DNA from: a virus
Lineage: Duplodnaviria > Caudoviricetes
Direction: 5' to 3' (one strand)
DNA: 64,000 bases
Virus record (IMG/VR): IMGVR_UViG_3300029982_000009
In this document: piece after piece, positions 61,274-64,000 of the stretch
Layout: each line of letters opens with the position of its first letter
Position numbering within the stretch: position 1 is the stretch's first letter
The notes under the pieces: generated by a model
The model's database searches: none
The model's input: only the letters and a program-made list of their open reading frames with translations
Told to the model about the DNA's origin: nothing
Made by a program: the position numbers and the translations under genes

Positions 61274-63004
61274 ATGGGATATAAAGTAAATTTAACTAAT
61301 GGAAATATTTTAACAAACGTCCCCGATTCTCAAATGGTATCTGCTTATGGCGGCCTTACTCTTATCGGAAAAAAATATCCAGGTTTCGGTACGGTCTTAA
61401 ATGAAGATTTAGTTAGAATAACTGAAAATTTTGCAAACTCTACCCCTCCCCCAAATCCATTCATAGGACAATTTTGGTTCGATAGCGTTTCTAATATCAT
61501 TAAGTTCTGGAATGGAACAATTTTCAAACCAATAAGTGTTATTACTACCGGCGCGGTAGCCCCATTAAATCCATTAGAAGGTGACGAATGGTTTGACACC
61601 GTACATAAACAACTTTTTGTATGGGATATAACTCTTAATCAATGGATTTTAATTGGGCCTCCGGGAAGTGAAGGCACCGGGCTAGAAGGATTTGTGGTAA
61701 CTGCATTAGCGTCTAATAGTAATATTATCTATCTAGAATTATATGCTAATGATAATCTTATTGCTATTGTCTCTTCAGATAATCTCATTAGTCCAGGTAT
61801 AGCAGGGTTTGGAAATATTAGACCCGGCATAAATTTTGTCACTTCACCGACGCACGGTATTACCGGCAGCGGAATTTATAACGTCAACGATATATCAATT
61901 GGCGACAATGACCAACTTCGCATGTCTATTGATGTTAATGACAATACAGTACTATCGGTTAACAATGGCAATGTTCTTTATGCTACTAATGGAAACACGT
62001 TGGTTGCAGGAGAATTAGCAAATATAACTGGTACCGTGTATATAAATAATTTAGTTGTAGCTAATTCGCTTTATAGTACTGTACCTGGCAGTAATAATCA
62101 AGTATTGTTTAATCAAAATGGTATTTTATCCGCTACTGCTAATCTAACATTAGATAGCACGGGTGAGAATGTAATAATTCCAAATACTTTAAATGTTGAA
62201 AATATTGAAGTTTACGATACTGTTGATATAGCAGGCAATGTAAATTCAACCGGTGCAAATATAATTGGTCCGTTAACGGTAGCAAATTCGGCTGCTATTA
62301 GTGAATCATTATTAATTTCAGAAAATCTTTCTGTATTGGGTACTGCTATACTAGGCGGGCTGATTACAGGAGCGGAAACGGCAAGTTATGTAACAATACA
62401 GCCCGGCGCGACCGCACCAAAAGCTCTTGTAGTTCAAACTTTTGGCGGCAGCACTAATCTATTAACAATTGATTCGGTTGGTGACACCACTGTTAATGGC
62501 ACTCTTACGGTACAAAATCAACTTTCAGTAGATGGTGTTTCAACTCTAGACGCACTAGTTACTGCGCAAAGTGATTTACACATTCAAGGAACTACGGTAA
62601 TTAATCAAGGAGGTGCGGGCCAAATATCATTACCTACGGCAGCGCCACCTTCTGTAGGATCTCCGCTTATAAATGCAGGCTCGGCATTAGCAGCATGGGG
62701 TAACTACAATCTTAATTCATTTTTAACTCATGCTCTTAGCGGCAATGGATATCAATATTTTCCGGGTGGCCTAATCTTGCAATGGGGTACGACTCCGTCA
62801 CTTGTGGATAATACTACACAAAATTTTCCCTTTACTACCCCATTTACCCATGCTTGTTTTGGAATGGTTGCTACCGATAACGGGCCGCGTGTAACACTAG
62901 GAGTACCCCAACCAATGGCGGCAGCGCCAACAGATTCCGATCATTTTAATATAATTTGCGGTGGTAGTGGGGAAACTGCGTTCTGGATAGCAATAGGATA
63001 TTAA
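61274..63004 (+). CDS. Tail fibre/baseplate protein with C-terminal gp53-like PGGLILQWG domain
   Basis: LTLIGK.Y.G.G...ENFA...PxNPxxGQxWFD; GYQYFPGGLILQWG. Confidence 0.72.
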   Translation: MGYKVNLTNGNILTNVPDSQMVSAYGGLTLIGKKYPGFGTVLNEDLVRITENFANSTPPPNPFIGQFWFDSVSNIIKFWNGTIFKPISVITTGAVAPLNPLEGDEWFDTVHKQLFVWDITLNQWILIGPPGSEGTGLEGFVVTALASNSNIIYLELYANDNLIAIVSSDNLISPGIAGFGNIRPGINFVTSPTHGITGSGIYNVNDISIGDNDQLRMSIDVNDNTVLSVNNGNVLYATNGNTLVAGELANITGTVYINNLVVANSLYSTVPGSNNQVLFNQNGILSATANLTLDSTGENVIIPNTLNVENIEVYDTVDIAGNVNSTGANIIGPLTVANSAAISESLLISENLSVLGTAILGGLITGAETASYVTIQPGATAPKALVVQTFGGSTNLLTIDSVGDTTVNGTLTVQNQLSVDGVSTLDALVTAQSDLHIQGTTVINQGGAGQISLPTAAPPSVGSPLINAGSALAAWGNYNLNSFLTHALSGNGYQYFPGGLILQWGTTPSLVDNTTQNFPFTTPFTHACFGMVATDNGPRVTLGVPQPMAAAPTDSDHFNIICGGSGETAFWIAIGY

Positions 63005-63567
63005 TGAGAGAATTTGAAATTACTCCAGACCTCAATAATATTAAAAAATTTATCAGCAAATCTTGCTCTCAAATTGTTGATTTCTACAAATCTTCGGGTG
63101 AATTTCTTTATCACGGATCACACCGATTAGAAAATATGTTTATTATTTCTAAGGTTGCCGATAGGCACCCAATGTCATTTTCTATTAAACAACAAAAAAT
63201 ATTTGATGAAAAATTATCAGCAGCAGGATTTAAGGCTCTACGATCGAATAGTATTTTCTGCACAAATAAAAGATCTGTGGCAAATAGATATGGAAAAATT
63301 TTCATAACCTTCCCATTCAATAACTTCGAGTTCACATGGTCAGAAACGATGCAAGATTTATATACGAATTATGATCAGGGCAAATATTCAAAATACGCAC
63401 CTAAAATTATAGACATGGATCCCAACGAGTTTACTTCGTTATATTCATTTAGGCAGGATAATTTGTTAAAGGCAACTACATCAGGTAATGAAATACTAAT
63501 TACTGGAAAATGTATGTTCTTGGCGGAAGAAAAATTCAATGCACTTATCAAGGAATTAATAGCTTGA
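63004..63567 (+). CDS. ADP-ribosyltransferase-like paralogue 7
   Basis: MREFEI leader; FLYHG / ALRSNSIFCT / YG..FITFP..FEFTWS / GNEI. Confidence 0.6.
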   Translation: MREFEITPDLNNIKKFISKSCSQIVDFYKSSGEFLYHGSHRLENMFIISKVADRHPMSFSIKQQKIFDEKLSAAGFKALRSNSIFCTNKRSVANRYGKIFITFPFNNFEFTWSETMQDLYTNYDQGKYSKYAPKIIDMDPNEFTSLYSFRQDNLLKATTSGNEILITGKCMFLAEEKFNALIKELIA

Positions 63568-63592
63568 CATTCGGCATAAAATCAATTATAAT
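63564..63592 (+). promoter_or_regulatory. Sigma70 promoter, perfect consensus
   Basis: TTGACA-17-TATAAT. Confidence 0.85.
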
Positions 63593-63598
63593 CAAACG

Positions 63599-64000
63599 AT
63601 GATAAGATATATTAATTCGTTGTGCGGGGCCGGCAAAACATATTTTGCTGTTAACTTATCTAAAGAACTCGTTAATAACAAAAAACGAGTGCTTTTCGTA
63701 ACCCCCTCAACCGATTTGCAATACGAAATTGCTAAACGATTGGGAAATACCCCATATAAAATTATCAATTATATGGAAAATGACAGTATGGGTGTTACTA
63801 AGGCAATCAATGCATATCTAACAATACCATTACGATGCGAAGTCCTTATTATTACACATGCGGCATTTAAGAATATTTTGAATTTTCCGAATAAAAAAAA
63901 TTGGACTGTTTTTGTTGATGAAGAAATAGAACCAACTGACTTCATTACTTTTGATTCGGACGATGCATCAAGTTATGAATTCGGTAATGACCTAATGGCA
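63599..64000 (+). CDS. SF2 helicase-like protein, partial (runs off window end)
   Basis: Manual translation MIRYINSLCGAGKT...VLFVTPS...ITHAAF...FVDEE. Confidence 0.75.
   Translation, partial: MIRYINSLCGAGKTYFAVNLSKELVNNKKRVLFVTPSTDLQYEIAKRLGNTPYKIINYMENDSMGVTKAINAYLTIPLRCEVLIITHAAFKNILNFPNKKNWTVFVDEEIEPTDFITFDSDDASSYEFGNDLMA

Noticed and set aside
1-64000. Alternative genetic code (stop-codon reassignment), as in some jumbo phages
   Set aside because: Long genes (up to 2440 aa) are intact in the standard code, and TAA, TAG and TGA all end well-formed genes.

Overview
This 64-kb window is a segment of an AT-rich jumbo, T4-like myophage genome read in the standard genetic code. Two promoter classes recur: near-consensus sigma70 promoters (TTGACA-17-TATAAT) and T4-type late TAAATA motifs. 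It encodes replication and nucleotide genes (PhoH, thymidine kinase, clamp loader, DnaE fragment, dUTPase, ThyX, two 3'-5' exonucleases), host-takeover genes (IF-1, RNA polymerase omega subunit, GroES, CCA-adding enzyme, QueD) and large baseplate/tail genes, including a GC-rich captured tail fibre/spike cassette. The main unusual signals are: (1) a circularly permuted two-piece tmRNA gene with a G3:U70 pair, pseudoknots and the tag ADSIVNGATKIFTYPVKISNRELALA, lacking an encoded CCA, plus a separate 42-nt Ala-acceptor minihelix ending in CCA; (2) seven paralogues of an ADP-ribosyltransferase-like family, mostly in a late-promoter island whose proteins share an MKIxE-type putative capsid-targeting leader; (3) about 20 small genes in tandem arrays sharing a C-terminal (R/K)LS(E/Q)-type tail; (4) three copies of a non-coding cassette with two motifs exactly 112 bp apart, each upstream of a strong early promoter. 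An Acidobacteriota host is a tentative inference. All calls are by eye from motifs; no database searches were run.
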